49,149 bases of DNA from positions 1-49,149 of the forward strand of contig JAFVYN010000175.1 in the NCBI GenBank assembly GCA_017508605.1, read 5' to 3'. Below the pieces are notes generated by a model. That model was not told the DNA's origin and did no database searches. It saw only the letters and a list, made by a program, of their open reading frames with translations. A program made the position numbers and the translations under genes. Position 1 is the first letter of the stretch. Each line of letters begins with the position of its first letter. This stretch comes from Clostridia bacterium. Lineage in GTDB: Bacteria; Bacillota; Clostridia; Oscillospirales; CAG-272. This document shows, piece by piece, positions 17,738 through 27,239 of the stretch.

Positions 17738-20047
17738 ATGGAAATGTGTTCCAGATGTAAAAAACGAGTCGCCGTCGTGTTTATCACACGCATCGAAGGT
17801 GACAAATCGACCAATGAAGGACTGTGCATGAAATGTGCCAAGGAGCTTGGTATCAAGCCGGTCAGCGACGTTCTTGAGAAAATGGGTCTGACCGATGACG
17901 ATATTGAAAATATGGAGGACGAGGTCGGCACCATGATGCAAATGCCCGACATGCCCGTAAATCCCGACGGCGATCCCAACGGCAAGACCCCGCCCCTGGA
18001 TTTCAAGCGTCTGTTCGGCGATATGCTTCGCATGAATCCCCAGAATCCGCAGGGCGGAGAGGGACAGGACGCGCCCTCCGATAAGGAAAAGAAGACTAAA
18101 GAGAAAAAGGGCAAGAAATTTCTCTCGGCATACTGCTCCGACGTGACCGAGAAGGCACGTGAGGGCAAGATCGACGGGATCATCGGCAGAGACCGTGAGC
18201 TGGAGAGACTGATGCAGATCCTCTGCCGCAGACAGAAGAACAATCCCTGTCTCATCGGTGAGCCCGGTGTCGGTAAGACTGCCATTGCCGAAGCACTCGC
18301 ACAGCGCATCGTGGAGGGCAGAGTTCCCTATAAGCTCGAGGGCAAAGAGGTGCATATGCTCGACCTGACAGCGCTCGTGGCGGGTACGCAGTTCCGAGGT
18401 CAGTTCGAGACCCGTATGAAGGGGCTGATCGACGAGGTCAAGGCGCTCGGCAACGTGATCCTTGTGATCGACGAGGTACACAGTATCGTGGGCGCGGGTG
18501 ACTCCGAGGGCAGTATGAATGCCGCCAATATCCTGAAGCCCGCTCTTTCGCGCGGCGAGATCCAGGTGATCGGCGCCACCACCCTGACCGAATACCGCAA
18601 ATACATCGAAAAGGATTCGGCACTGGAGCGCCGCTTCCAGCCGATCATCGTGGAGGAATCCTCGGTGGAGGATTCGATCGCGATCCTGAAGGGTATCAAG
18701 GGCTATTATGAAAAATTCCACGGGATCAAGGTCCCCGACGCGGTGGTGGAGCGGGCGGTCATTTTGTCCGAGCGCTATATTACCGACCGTTTTCTGCCCG
18801 ACAAGGCAATTGACCTGCTTGACGAGGCGCTGGCACATCTCGCGCTGCATTCCGAGGTCGTGAGCGCCGCCGCCAAGAACGAAGCCCTTCTCAAAGCCAT
18901 CACCGCCGAGCGCGAGGCGCTTGAGGCGGCGGATGCCGAGACCGAGGAGGCACAGAATCAGAAATACCGCGCCGTTGCCGAATGCCGCTCGCGTGAGCTT
19001 GCGACAAGAGAGGCGCTTGACAAGGCGCTTGCCGAACGCGAGGCGCTTTCGCTGACCGTCAAGGATCTCGCTGAGGTCATCGAGGTCTGGACGGGTATCC
19101 CCTCGTCGAACATTACCGAAAACGAATATCTCAGGATCGACCGTCTCGGTGAGAGACTTTCCTCCCGTATCATCGGTCAGGACAGGGCGGTCGACGCCGT
19201 GGTACGCGCCATCAAGCGCAACCGCGCGGGCGTTTCCTATAAGCGTAAGCCTGTGTCCTTCATTTTCGCGGGGCCGACCGGTGTGGGTAAGACCGAGCTT
19301 GTCAAACAGCTTGCGGCAGAGTTGTTCGACTCTCCCGACGCGCTCATCCGTCTTGACATGTCAGAATTCATGGAAAAATTCGCGGTCTCCCGTCTGATCG
19401 GCGCGCCTCCCGGATACGTGGGCTATGACGATGCGGGTCAGCTCACCGAAAAGATCCGCCGCAAGCCCTACTCAGTCGTGCTGTTTGACGAGATCGAAAA
19501 GGCGCATCCCGACGTGATGAATATCCTTTTGCAGATCCTTGATGACGGCGTGATCACCGACGCGCGCGGCAAGAAGGTCAATTTTGAGAACACCGTGATC
19601 GTGATGACCACCAACGCGGGCGCGGTCGGAGTATCGGCAACGGCAGGCTTTATGACGGGCAGTGCCGCCGATACCGACAGCGACAAGACCGACAAGGCGC
19701 TCTCACAGTTCCTGCGTCCCGAATTTTTAAACCGTGTCGACGAGATCATCACCTTCCGCTCGCTTGACGAAAAGGATTTCGTGAAGATCGCCAAGATCAT
19801 GCTCCGCGATCTCGAAAAAGCCCTTGCCGAAAAGGGTATCTCGCTCAGCTTTACCGAAAAGGCGGTGGAGGCGCTTGCCAAGAAATCCTTCTCGATCAAA
19901 TACGGTGCGAGAAATCTCCGCCGTACCATTCAGCGCGACGTGGAGGATGCCCTCGCGACCCGTCTGATCAGCGACTATGAGGCGAAGATCACCGCCGTAT
20001 CGGTCGATGCCGATGAGAACGGCAACATGCTGATCGCTTGCGACTGA
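17738..20047 (+). CDS. ATP-dependent Clp protease ATP-binding subunit (ClpE/ClpC-like) with N-terminal Zn finger
   Basis: CSRC...CMKC; two AAA+ modules ([16 protein letters not shown]), [19 protein letters not shown]. Confidence 0.92.
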   Translation: MEMCSRCKKRVAVVFITRIEGDKSTNEGLCMKCAKELGIKPVSDVLEKMGLTDDDIENMEDEVGTMMQMPDMPVNPDGDPNGKTPPLDFKRLFGDMLRMNPQNPQGGEGQDAPSDKEKKTKEKKGKKFLSAYCSDVTEKAREGKIDGIIGRDRELERLMQILCRRQKNNPCLIGEPGVGKTAIAEALAQRIVEGRVPYKLEGKEVHMLDLTALVAGTQFRGQFETRMKGLIDEVKALGNVILVIDEVHSIVGAGDSEGSMNAANILKPALSRGEIQVIGATTLTEYRKYIEKDSALERRFQPIIVEESSVEDSIAILKGIKGYYEKFHGIKVPDAVVERAVILSERYITDRFLPDKAIDLLDEALAHLALHSEVVSAAAKNEALLKAITAEREALEAADAETEEAQNQKYRAVAECRSRELATREALDKALAEREALSLTVKDLAEVIEVWTGIPSSNITENEYLRIDRLGERLSSRIIGQDRAVDAVVRAIKRNRAGVSYKRKPVSFIFAGPTGVGKTELVKQLAAELFDSPDALIRLDMSEFMEKFAVSRLIGAPPGYVGYDDAGQLTEKIRRKPYSVVLFDEIEKAHPDVMNILLQILDDGVITDARGKKVNFENTVIVMTTNAGAVGVSATAGFMTGSAADTDSDKTDKALSQFLRPEFLNRVDEIITFRSLDEKDFVKIAKIMLRDLEKALAEKGISLSFTEKAVEALAKKSFSIKYGARNLRRTIQRDVEDALATRLISDYEAKITAVSVDADENGNMLIACD

Positions 20048-20062
20048 AAAAATAAGACACCC

Positions 20063-20115
20063 AAGAGCAAAAAGCAAGACGGTTTTGTCTTTCGCTTTTT
20101 GCTCTTTCTTTTTTC
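20063..20115 (+). terminator. Intrinsic terminator after the Clp gene
   Basis: AAGAGCAAAAAGC...GCTTTTTGCTCTT followed by a T-rich tail. Confidence 0.65.
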
Positions 20116-20165
20116 GGAAGGCGTCGGGAGAATCTGACGGGTGTGTGAAACTTCGGGGGAAGCTC

Positions 20166-20194
20166 TTGCTTTTTTTGGAAAAATCGTTTATAAT
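20166..20194 (+). promoter_or_regulatory. SigmaA promoter of the P-type ATPase-like gene
   Basis: TTGCTT-17 nt-TATAAT. Confidence 0.65.
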
Positions 20195-20228
20195 ATCCGC
20201 ATAACGATATGAGGAAGGGAGGGGTCAT

Positions 20229-22790
20229 ATGACGTGGCATGAGCTGCCGCCGTCGGAGGTGATCGAGCGGCTCAATTCTTCGTCCTCGGGGATGCCGAAG
20301 GACGCACCGAAGGGGAAGAACCGCCTGTTCAGGCGACGTGAGACGCTTGAGCGCGAGGCGATCAAGCCGATCGTGACAGCCCCCCTTCTGTTTCTCTTTG
20401 CCATTACCGCCCTTGCCGCCTTCGTGGCAAACGAGCCTGCGGTGGGACTTCTTTCCCTTTTATCCCTGGGTTTTTCGGCGCTGTTATGGTATATGGCGCA
20501 CCGCTATGCTCTTGAGGTCAGGGAGCGCTGCCGCGAGAAGACCGACGGCTTTGCCCGTGTGATCCGCGAAGGTGTCCTCTATCTGATTGCCGACGAGGAT
20601 CTGGTTCAGGGGGACGTGATCCTTTTGCAAAAAGAGGACTACGTGCCTGCTGACTGCCGTATTCTTTCCTGTAACGGGCTTACCGTTCGCGAGAGTGCTG
20701 CGCTTTCGGGCAAGGCGGCCTCTTACGAAAAATCGGCAGAGACGGCGGTGAATACACGCTATGAGGATGCTGACAACATGCTGTGGGCAGGCAGTGCCGT
20801 TGAGACGGGAAGCTGCCGCGCGATCGTCACCGAGGTGGGGGATACCTGCCGCATTGCCGCGTTTTCGGAAAAGCATGATGCTCTCGGCGACAAAAAGAGC
20901 TTTCACGCCCTTCTCGGAAGGCTGTCCTTTGTGATCTCCACCTCGCTTCTCGGGCTTCTCTTTCTGACGGCTGTCTTTTCCTTTACGCCCCTTTCCCGAC
21001 ACGGGCTGTTTTCTGACTGGCTTCTGATCGTTTCCTTTGCGGGGGCCTCGGCTTCCGAGCTTTTATGTCTGATCGATACCGTTTCTCTCGGTATCACGCT
21101 CCGCCGATCCCGTACGGTGCTGATGCGCCGTCCTTCGGCGGTCGGGACGCTGGCACGGGTGGATACCGTCATGCTCCGTGCCTCGCTGTTTCACGACAGC
21201 GCGCTTGACGGCGTGAGCGACGTGATCCTGCCCGACGGCAAACGGCAGCCCCTTGCCATCGGGCTTTCTCCCGAGGGCGCGCGTATCCTTCGCAACGCTC
21301 TCGTTGCCACCGGGGGCGTGACGGCACCCGCCTCGCAAAGCGAGACGGTCTACGGCGAAAAAACACTCCGTGAGCATATCCTCTCGGCATGTGAGGGCGC
21401 GTCCGTGGTGCTGAACCGTGAGCCTTACACCATGGTGGCGTCGGGTGTGACCGAGAGCGGGGTGTCATACGGCTTGTTCAGAAGACGGGACGATCTTCTT
21501 CTGTCGATCACCGCCGATGCCCGCACGGTCACCTCGCTTTCGGGCTTCGTTTATGAAAACGATACCATCGAGGCACTGCCCGAGGAGAAAAAGGAGATGC
21601 TTTGCGCGATGCTTCCCGAAGGAGAGGATCACGCGCTCTACGGTGTTGCGATCGGCTATCTGAAGGAGATCCCCGACAGACGGCTGAACGACGAGACCCT
21701 CCGCGCATTGCTGGGGGGCAGTCTCGTTTACGAAGGCGCGTTTCTCTTTGTGATGAGAAAGGATTCTCCCACAGCGCTTCAGAGAGCGCTTTCGCCCCTT
21801 GGGGTTTCGCTGACACTGATCGACACGAAGGCATCGGCTGACGGCGTCGCGCGTATGGTCGCGCCCACGAGACGGGAGGTTTTTGACGCGATCCGCGAAA
21901 ATAAGGCGGCAGGGCATACCGTACTGCTTCAGGGCGAGACGCTTCCCGATCTTGCGCTGATGAAGGAGGCGGATCTCTCGTTGACACTCGGAGACGCGCC
22001 TGACAGAAAAGAGCCGCTGTCTGTTACCAAGGACAGCGAGGCGCTTCTCGTTCAGGGCACGAAGGCGATCCGCCTGTTCGGGGACGGTCTTCTGCTTTCA
22101 CGGACGAGTGATGCCATTTCCGAGGCGATCGTTCACGCGAGAAGTCATTTTTACCGTATGTCGACGGTGCTTTCCTATCTTCTGACCCTTCTCGGCATCA
22201 AGCCGATCTTCGCGGTTGCCTCATTCTTTATGGAATCCCCCGCCGTGACACCCATGCTCTTTTTCCTGCTCGGCTTTGTGTTTGATACCTTGGCGGTAGC
22301 GGCTCTTCTTCTGAAGCCCTGCCGTGAGATACGCCCGCCGCTTGAAGCCAAAGATCAGCTGAGGAGCTTTCTCGCTTCCTTTATAACGGGGCTTCTGTCG
22401 GGGGGCGGTATGCTTCTCGTCATGCTTCTCTCCCTTCGGGATTCCCCCCTTCCCGCCGAGATCTATGCGACGGTTTTGCTTTTTGCGGTCTCGCTTTTCG
22501 TCTTTCTCACCCATTACGTATCATTTGAAGTGGGAAAGCGGCCCACGGCATCGCTCTCACTCGGCACGCTTCTCATCGTTGGCGGCACGCTCGTTCTGTT
22601 CCTTCTGATCTTCACGCGCGGGGGCTTTGGCAAGGCGGGGCTTCTGTCCCTTCTTCTGGCGCTCGGCATTTATGCCGTTGCCGAAGGCGCTAAAAGACTC
22701 TTTCTCCTCAGAAAGGATCCTCGGAAAAAGCCTCGGAAATATACCAAAAAAAATAAAAAAATATCCAAAAAAAGTGATAAACCCTCTTGA
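20229..22790 (+). CDS. Degenerate P-type (P2-like) cation ATPase homolog lacking catalytic motifs
   Basis: A-domain LVQGDVILL..DYVPADCRIL and DNMLWAGSAV..G.CRAIV are recognisable; TGES, PEGL, DKTGT and GDGVND are all replaced. Confidence 0.8.
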   Translation: MTWHELPPSEVIERLNSSSSGMPKDAPKGKNRLFRRRETLEREAIKPIVTAPLLFLFAITALAAFVANEPAVGLLSLLSLGFSALLWYMAHRYALEVRERCREKTDGFARVIREGVLYLIADEDLVQGDVILLQKEDYVPADCRILSCNGLTVRESAALSGKAASYEKSAETAVNTRYEDADNMLWAGSAVETGSCRAIVTEVGDTCRIAAFSEKHDALGDKKSFHALLGRLSFVISTSLLGLLFLTAVFSFTPLSRHGLFSDWLLIVSFAGASASELLCLIDTVSLGITLRRSRTVLMRRPSAVGTLARVDTVMLRASLFHDSALDGVSDVILPDGKRQPLAIGLSPEGARILRNALVATGGVTAPASQSETVYGEKTLREHILSACEGASVVLNREPYTMVASGVTESGVSYGLFRRRDDLLLSITADARTVTSLSGFVYENDTIEALPEEKKEMLCAMLPEGEDHALYGVAIGYLKEIPDRRLNDETLRALLGGSLVYEGAFLFVMRKDSPTALQRALSPLGVSLTLIDTKASADGVARMVAPTRREVFDAIRENKAAGHTVLLQGETLPDLALMKEADLSLTLGDAPDRKEPLSVTKDSEALLVQGTKAIRLFGDGLLLSRTSDAISEAIVHARSHFYRMSTVLSYLLTLLGIKPIFAVASFFMESPAVTPMLFFLLGFVFDTLAVAALLLKPCREIRPPLEAKDQLRSFLASFITGLLSGGGMLLVMLLSLRDSPLPAEIYATVLLFAVSLFVFLTHYVSFEVGKRPTASLSLGTLLIVGGTLVLFLLIFTRGGFGKAGLLSLLLALGIYAVAEGAKRLFLLRKDPRKKPRKYTKKNKKISKKSDKPS

Positions 22791-22815
22791 CAAGCGCTCA
22801 AAAATGTGTTATTAT
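22787..22815 (+). promoter_or_regulatory. SigmaA promoter of rplJL with upstream A-tracts
   Basis: TTGACA-17 nt-TATTAT with TG extension; A-tracts at 22746-22773. Confidence 0.8.
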
Positions 22816-22825
22816 ACACCAGTGA

Positions 22826-22964
22826 GCCAAAGACAGTAGGTTACCGTAAAAGCGAAAGCCACCCTACCGAGGTTGAGAAATTCAAGAAGACCGTCACAGA
22901 CGGTGTTTTATCATGCTTTTTGATTTTCCTTCTTGTTCTTTGGTGAGAACAAGAAGGTTTTTTT
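22826..22964 (+). ncRNA. Ribosomal protein L10 leader with attenuator hairpin
   Basis: AAGACAGTAGG...CCTACCGAGG core typical of L10 leaders, then CCTTCTTGTTCT-ttggtg-AGAACAAGAAGG-T7, directly before rplJ. Confidence 0.88.
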
Positions 22965-22993
22965 GTTCTCTCAATTTTATAGGAGGTGAAACC

Positions 22994-23521
22994 ATGCCGA
23001 GCGCAAAGATTCTCGAACAAAAGAAAGCCGTTGTAGAAGAGCTTGCTGAAAAACTGAAGAACGCAGTTTCCGCAGTTGTTGTTTCCTATCAGGGCATTAA
23101 CACCGAAGACGATACCAAGCTTCGTGCAGATCTCAGAAAGGCAAACGTAGAATACAAGGTCTACAAGAACTCTGCTATGGCAAGAGCTTGCGAAATCGCA
23201 GGCTATGCTGATATGAAGCCCATGTTCGAAGGTATGACTGCAATCGCGTTCACAGCTGATGACGCAGTTGCTCCCGCTAAGATCCTGAAGGAATATGCCG
23301 ACAAGATCAAGCTTGATACCTTTAAGCTCAAGGGCGGCTTTATCGATGGCGAAGTCATCGACACCGCGAAGGTTGAGGCACTTGCCGCAACTCCCGCAAA
23401 GCCTGTTCTCGTTTGCAAGCTGATGGGCTCTATGATGAGTCCCCTTTACGGTCTTGCTTATGCTCTTCAGGCCGTTATTGACAAGTCGGGCGAAGCTCCT
23501 GCTGAAGACGCAGCCGAATAA
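22994..23521 (+). CDS. rplJ: 50S ribosomal protein L10
   Basis: KKAVVEEL, LRADLR, YKVYKN, KGGFIDG; AGGAGG RBS and ATG 22994. Confidence 0.97.
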   Translation: MPSAKILEQKKAVVEELAEKLKNAVSAVVVSYQGINTEDDTKLRADLRKANVEYKVYKNSAMARACEIAGYADMKPMFEGMTAIAFTADDAVAPAKILKEYADKIKLDTFKLKGGFIDGEVIDTAKVEALAATPAKPVLVCKLMGSMMSPLYGLAYALQAVIDKSGEAPAEDAAE

Positions 23522-23621
23522 TCGCACCGCACCCGTCGGATCTCTCCGACACCAATCACTGCCGAACACGGCAAAACATTTAATTTTAAAAAATATTTAA
23601 ACTATTTTGGAGGATATGAAA

Positions 23622-23999
23622 ATGGCTAGCGAAAAGATTACTAACATTTTTGAAGAGATCAAAACCCTTACCATTCTTGAAATGGCTGAACTTGTAAAGA
23701 TGCTTGAAGAGGAATTCGGCGTATCCGCTGCTCCTGTTGCTGTTGCTGCAGGTCCTGCTGCCTCTGCTGCTCCTGTTGAAGAAAAGACCGAATTTGACGT
23801 TGTTCTTACCGGCTTTGACGCAGCTAAGAAGGTTGCTGTTATCAAGGTCGTTCGTGAGATCACCGGTCTCGGCCTTAAGGACGCTAAGGACGCTGTTGAA
23901 GGCGCTCCCAAGGTTCTCAAGGAAGCTATCTCGAAGGCTGACGCTGAAAAGTATAAGGAAGACCTTACTGCTGCAGGCGCAACTGTTGAAATCAAGTAA
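23622..23999 (+). CDS. rplL: 50S ribosomal protein L7/L12
   Basis: [34 protein letters not shown]; ATG 23622. Confidence 0.98.
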   Translation: MASEKITNIFEEIKTLTILEMAELVKMLEEEFGVSAAPVAVAAGPAASAAPVEEKTEFDVVLTGFDAAKKVAVIKVVREITGLGLKDAKDAVEGAPKVLKEAISKADAEKYKEDLTAAGATVEIK

Positions 24000-24076
24000 T
24001 TAACTATTACTTGATTCAACGTGAAATCAAGTAATTAACCATTACTTGATTCAACATGAGATCAAGTAATTGATTC
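23987..24076. repeat. 35-bp palindromic tandem repeat (about 2.5 copies) starting inside the 3' end of rplL
   Basis: TGAAATCAAGTAATTAACYATTACTTGATTCAACR twice, then TGAGATCAAGTAATTGATTC. Confidence 0.9.
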
Positions 24077-24092
24077 GAGCGTTGAGACAACC

Positions 24093-24137
24093 AAAACATC
24101 CCGATCTGCCGGATACGGCGGGTCGGGATGTTTTTTT
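24093..24137 (+). terminator. Intrinsic terminator of rplJL
   Basis: CATCCCGATCTGCCG-gata-CGGCGGGTCGGGATG-T7. Confidence 0.85.
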
Positions 24138-24196
24138 GTCGGGAATGTATTTCAAACAAAATGTCTTTATATTGGAAAACTTTTTAAAAAAGAAAC

Positions 24197-24225
24197 TTGA
24201 AAACTGTCGGGATCCGTGGTATAAT
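24197..24225 (+). promoter_or_regulatory. SigmaA promoter of ferritin
   Basis: TTGAAA-17 nt-TATAAT with TG extension. Confidence 0.75.
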
Positions 24226-24279
24226 AAGGTATCCCTTGTCGCTACGGGCGGCAAAATCATACTTTTGGAGGATGAACCA

Positions 24280-24789
24280 ATGAATCAAAAGGTACACGAG
24301 CTGCTGAACAGCCAGATCAACAAGGAGTTTTACTCCGCTTATCTTTATCTTGATTTTTCCAATTATTTCAAGGCAATGGGTCTTGACGGCTTTGCCAATT
24401 GGTATATGGTGCAGGCACAGGAGGAGCGCGATCACGCCATGCTTTTCTATCAGTATCTGCAGAATGAGAGCATGACGGTGACGCTGGAGGCGATCGCTAA
24501 GCCCGACAAGGTCTTCACCTGCTCGATGGACGTTCTCAAGGCGGGTCTTGAGCATGAAAAATACGTGACCTCGCTGATCAACGAGATCTATGCCGCGGCA
24601 TATGAGGTCAAGGATTTCCGTACCATGCAGTTCCTCGACTGGTTTGTCAAGGAGCAGGGCGAGGAAGAGACCAACGCCAACGATATGATCACCAAAATGG
24701 AGCTGTTCGGTTCTGATCCGAGAAGCCTCTATATGCTCAATCAGGAGCTTGCCGCACGCGTATATACCGCTCCCTCGCTGGTGCTGTAA
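24280..24789 (+). CDS. ftnA: Non-heme ferritin
   Basis: QINKEFYSAYLY, QAQEERDHA, EHEKYVT, FLDWFVKEQGEEE ferroxidase residues; ATG 24280 behind GGAGG. Confidence 0.93.
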   Translation: MNQKVHELLNSQINKEFYSAYLYLDFSNYFKAMGLDGFANWYMVQAQEERDHAMLFYQYLQNESMTVTLEAIAKPDKVFTCSMDVLKAGLEHEKYVTSLINEIYAAAYEVKDFRTMQFLDWFVKEQGEEETNANDMITKMELFGSDPRSLYMLNQELAARVYTAPSLVL

Positions 24790-24808
24790 GACGTTTATAA
24801 CGAAATAC

Positions 24809-24855
24809 GAAAGACCGACACAAGCCGAAAATTTCCGACTTGTGTCGGGTTTTCT
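24809..24855 (+). terminator. Terminator after ferritin
   Basis: CCGACACAAG...CTTGTGTCGG followed by a T-rich tail. Confidence 0.65.
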
Positions 24856-24935
24856 TATATTTTGTCTACTTTTGTCATATTTTGCCGATCGGTGTCGGGG
24901 AATTTTTGCAAAGAGGTGTGGAGGCGCTCTCTTTC

Positions 24936-24964
24936 TTGACAAGCGGGGAAAAGCGTGATACAAT
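24936..24964 (+). promoter_or_regulatory. SigmaA promoter
   Basis: TTGACA-17 nt-TACAAT with TG extension. Confidence 0.75.
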
Positions 24965-24992
24965 AGAAAAAAACGCCGAAGGAGTACTTACG

Positions 24993-27095
24993 ATGAAGCT
25001 ATACAATCGGGAAGAAGAACGTACCGGTGTGCAGGAAGTACGCGATTGGGATCCCCGTTATGACGTGCAGTGTGATTTCGTCATGGTCTACGGCTTTCAC
25101 GATCTCAAAAAACGTATCGCGCATTACAAAAAGCACGGCTATACCGTGCATCTCATGACGGGTGTGTCATGGGGTGAGTATCAGGACTATCTTTTTGGAA
25201 AATACGATGGCAAGGAGCATTTCGATGAGGGTCAGAGACGGCGTGACGGCTCGGAGATCGCGCACGGCAAATTTGTGCCGTATATGGTGCCCTCGGTCTC
25301 GTTTTCACGCTATCTTGCCGACAATCTCAAAAAGGCTGTCGACTACGGTGTGGAGGCGATCCATCTGGAGGAGCCTGAATTCTGGGTGGCTTCGGGCTAT
25401 TCCGAGGCATTCAAGCGCGAATGGAAGCTCTTTTACAAGGAAGACTGGCAGGATCCCGAGGCATCTGCCGAGGGGCAGTACATGGCGTCCCGTCTGAAGC
25501 AGTATCTTTACACCCGAACACTCGACCGTCTGTGCGCCGAGCTGAAGGAATACGCGCTGACGAAGTATGGCCGTGTGCTTCGCTTCTACGTGCCCACGCA
25601 CTCGCTGATCAACTATTCGCAGTGGCGCATCGTTTCTCCCGAATCCGCGCTGATCGATCTTCCGACGGTGGACGGCTATATCGCGCAGATCTGGACGGGA
25701 ACCTCGCGCGAGAAGAACACCTATCGCGGCGTGACGAAGGAGCGCACCTTTGAAACCGCGTTTCTCGAATACGGCGTCATGCAGGAGCTTGTCAGAGGGA
25801 CGGGCAGAAAGATGTGGTTCCTGCAGGACCCCATTGAGGACAATCCCCGCTATACCTGGGCGGATTACCGCAGGGATTACTATAAGACGGTAACAGCCGC
25901 CCTCTTCCATCCCGACGTTTCGTCATATGAGGTCTGCCCCTGGCCCGCGCGTGTCTTTGCGGGCAAATATCCCAAGGCGGACGGATCGGGACGGGAGGAG
26001 ATGCCCGAGGATTACAAGACGAATCTCGTCACGGTGATGCACACCCTCCGCGATATGGAGGGCGGAAAAGCCTCCTTCCGTGACAAAGCCGATGAGATCG
26101 GCATTCTGATGGCGGATTCGGCGATGTTCCAGCGCCATTATCCCGACGGCTCACCCGAGGCGGATGAGAACAAGACGATCACCTTCTCGGCGTTTTACGG
26201 GCTGGCGCTCCCCCTACTCAAGCGCGGCGTCTTCGCGCGCCCCGTTCAGCTTGACAACGTGCGCCGTTTTGCCTCCTATCTCGACTGCTACAAGACCCTT
26301 GTTCTGTCATACGAATTCATGAAGCCCTCCTCCCCCGATATCAATACCGCGCTTGCCACCTGGGTGAAAAAGGGCGGCAGACTGATCTACGTTGGGGACG
26401 GCAGTGACGATTTTCACAAGCTGCGCGCCTTCTGGAACAGAGAGGGACTGCCCTACGAGAACCCCGCCGAGCATCTGTTTTGTGAAATGGGGCTTACAAA
26501 AGCGCTCTCTGAGGGACGGTATCCCGTGGGAGACGGCTCGTTTACCTATCTTTGCCGCCATCCCAAGGCGCTTGCCAACGATCCCCTTGAAGCAGACCGC
26601 TATCTTGCCGCCATGGAAGAGGCGCTCGGCTCACTGACAAAGCAGAGCCATCTCGTTATGGACCGTGGTGCGTATACCGTTGCCGCTCTCATGGACGAGG
26701 GTGACGCCGAATCCTATACCGTGAAGGGTGACTATATCGATCTCTTCACCCACACCCTTGACGTTGTCCGCGATCCTGTCCTGAAAGCGGGAGAGGTCAG
26801 GCTCTATTACCGCCTTGACGCGATCGACAGGGAGGCTTCTTCCGATATTCTCGCGATCGCGGGCAGAGTGGAGACTTTCGTGCAGTCTCAGAGAACGCTC
26901 AGCTATACCGTGAAAGGTCCCGAGCCTATGACGGTTGCCGCGCGGATCTATACCAAGCGCCCCATCAAGGATGTGATCGCGACTGTGGGCGGGGAAAAGC
27001 TGCCCGTTTGCTTCACGTATGACGCATCCACCAAAACCACCCTTGTAACGCACCCCTCCTCCACGCGCGGCGTGAAGGTGAAGGTGACGTTCTGA
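24993..27095 (+). CDS. Conserved hypothetical cytoplasmic protein, glycoside hydrolase-like architecture
   Basis: 700-aa ORF with AAGGAG RBS; HLEEPEFW acidic motif and WVKKGGRLIYVG segment recall GH42-like trimerisation domains (inference). Confidence 0.6.
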   Translation: MKLYNREEERTGVQEVRDWDPRYDVQCDFVMVYGFHDLKKRIAHYKKHGYTVHLMTGVSWGEYQDYLFGKYDGKEHFDEGQRRRDGSEIAHGKFVPYMVPSVSFSRYLADNLKKAVDYGVEAIHLEEPEFWVASGYSEAFKREWKLFYKEDWQDPEASAEGQYMASRLKQYLYTRTLDRLCAELKEYALTKYGRVLRFYVPTHSLINYSQWRIVSPESALIDLPTVDGYIAQIWTGTSREKNTYRGVTKERTFETAFLEYGVMQELVRGTGRKMWFLQDPIEDNPRYTWADYRRDYYKTVTAALFHPDVSSYEVCPWPARVFAGKYPKADGSGREEMPEDYKTNLVTVMHTLRDMEGGKASFRDKADEIGILMADSAMFQRHYPDGSPEADENKTITFSAFYGLALPLLKRGVFARPVQLDNVRRFASYLDCYKTLVLSYEFMKPSSPDINTALATWVKKGGRLIYVGDGSDDFHKLRAFWNREGLPYENPAEHLFCEMGLTKALSEGRYPVGDGSFTYLCRHPKALANDPLEADRYLAAMEEALGSLTKQSHLVMDRGAYTVAALMDEGDAESYTVKGDYIDLFTHTLDVVRDPVLKAGEVRLYYRLDAIDREASSDILAIAGRVETFVQSQRTLSYTVKGPEPMTVAARIYTKRPIKDVIATVGGEKLPVCFTYDASTKTTLVTHPSSTRGVKVKVTF

Positions 27096-27122
27096 TAAAC
27101 GATAAGGATATAAAAGGACAGT

Positions 27123-27239
27123 ATGAAAGAAAACGAAGCACCGAACACCGAAAAGAAACAGGGGCAAAATGACGTTGTTACGATTGCCGAGGAGATCCTT
27201 CGGGTCTATGCCGCGGCATTTGAGGAGCTTGCGAAATGA
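27123..27239 (+). CDS. Putative minimal antitoxin of Doc (38 aa)
   Basis: MKENEAPNTEKKQGQNDVVTIAEEILRVYAAAFEELAK*; AAGGA RBS; ATGA overlap with the doc start; too short for the ORF track. Confidence 0.7.
   Translation: MKENEAPNTEKKQGQNDVVTIAEEILRVYAAAFEELAK

Noticed and set aside
23987-24076. 35-bp palindromic repeats as a mini-CRISPR or as Fur boxes for ferritin
   Set aside because: The units are contiguous with no spacers and overlap rplL; they do not match GATAATGATAATCATTATC, and the rplJL terminator lies between them and the ferritin promoter.
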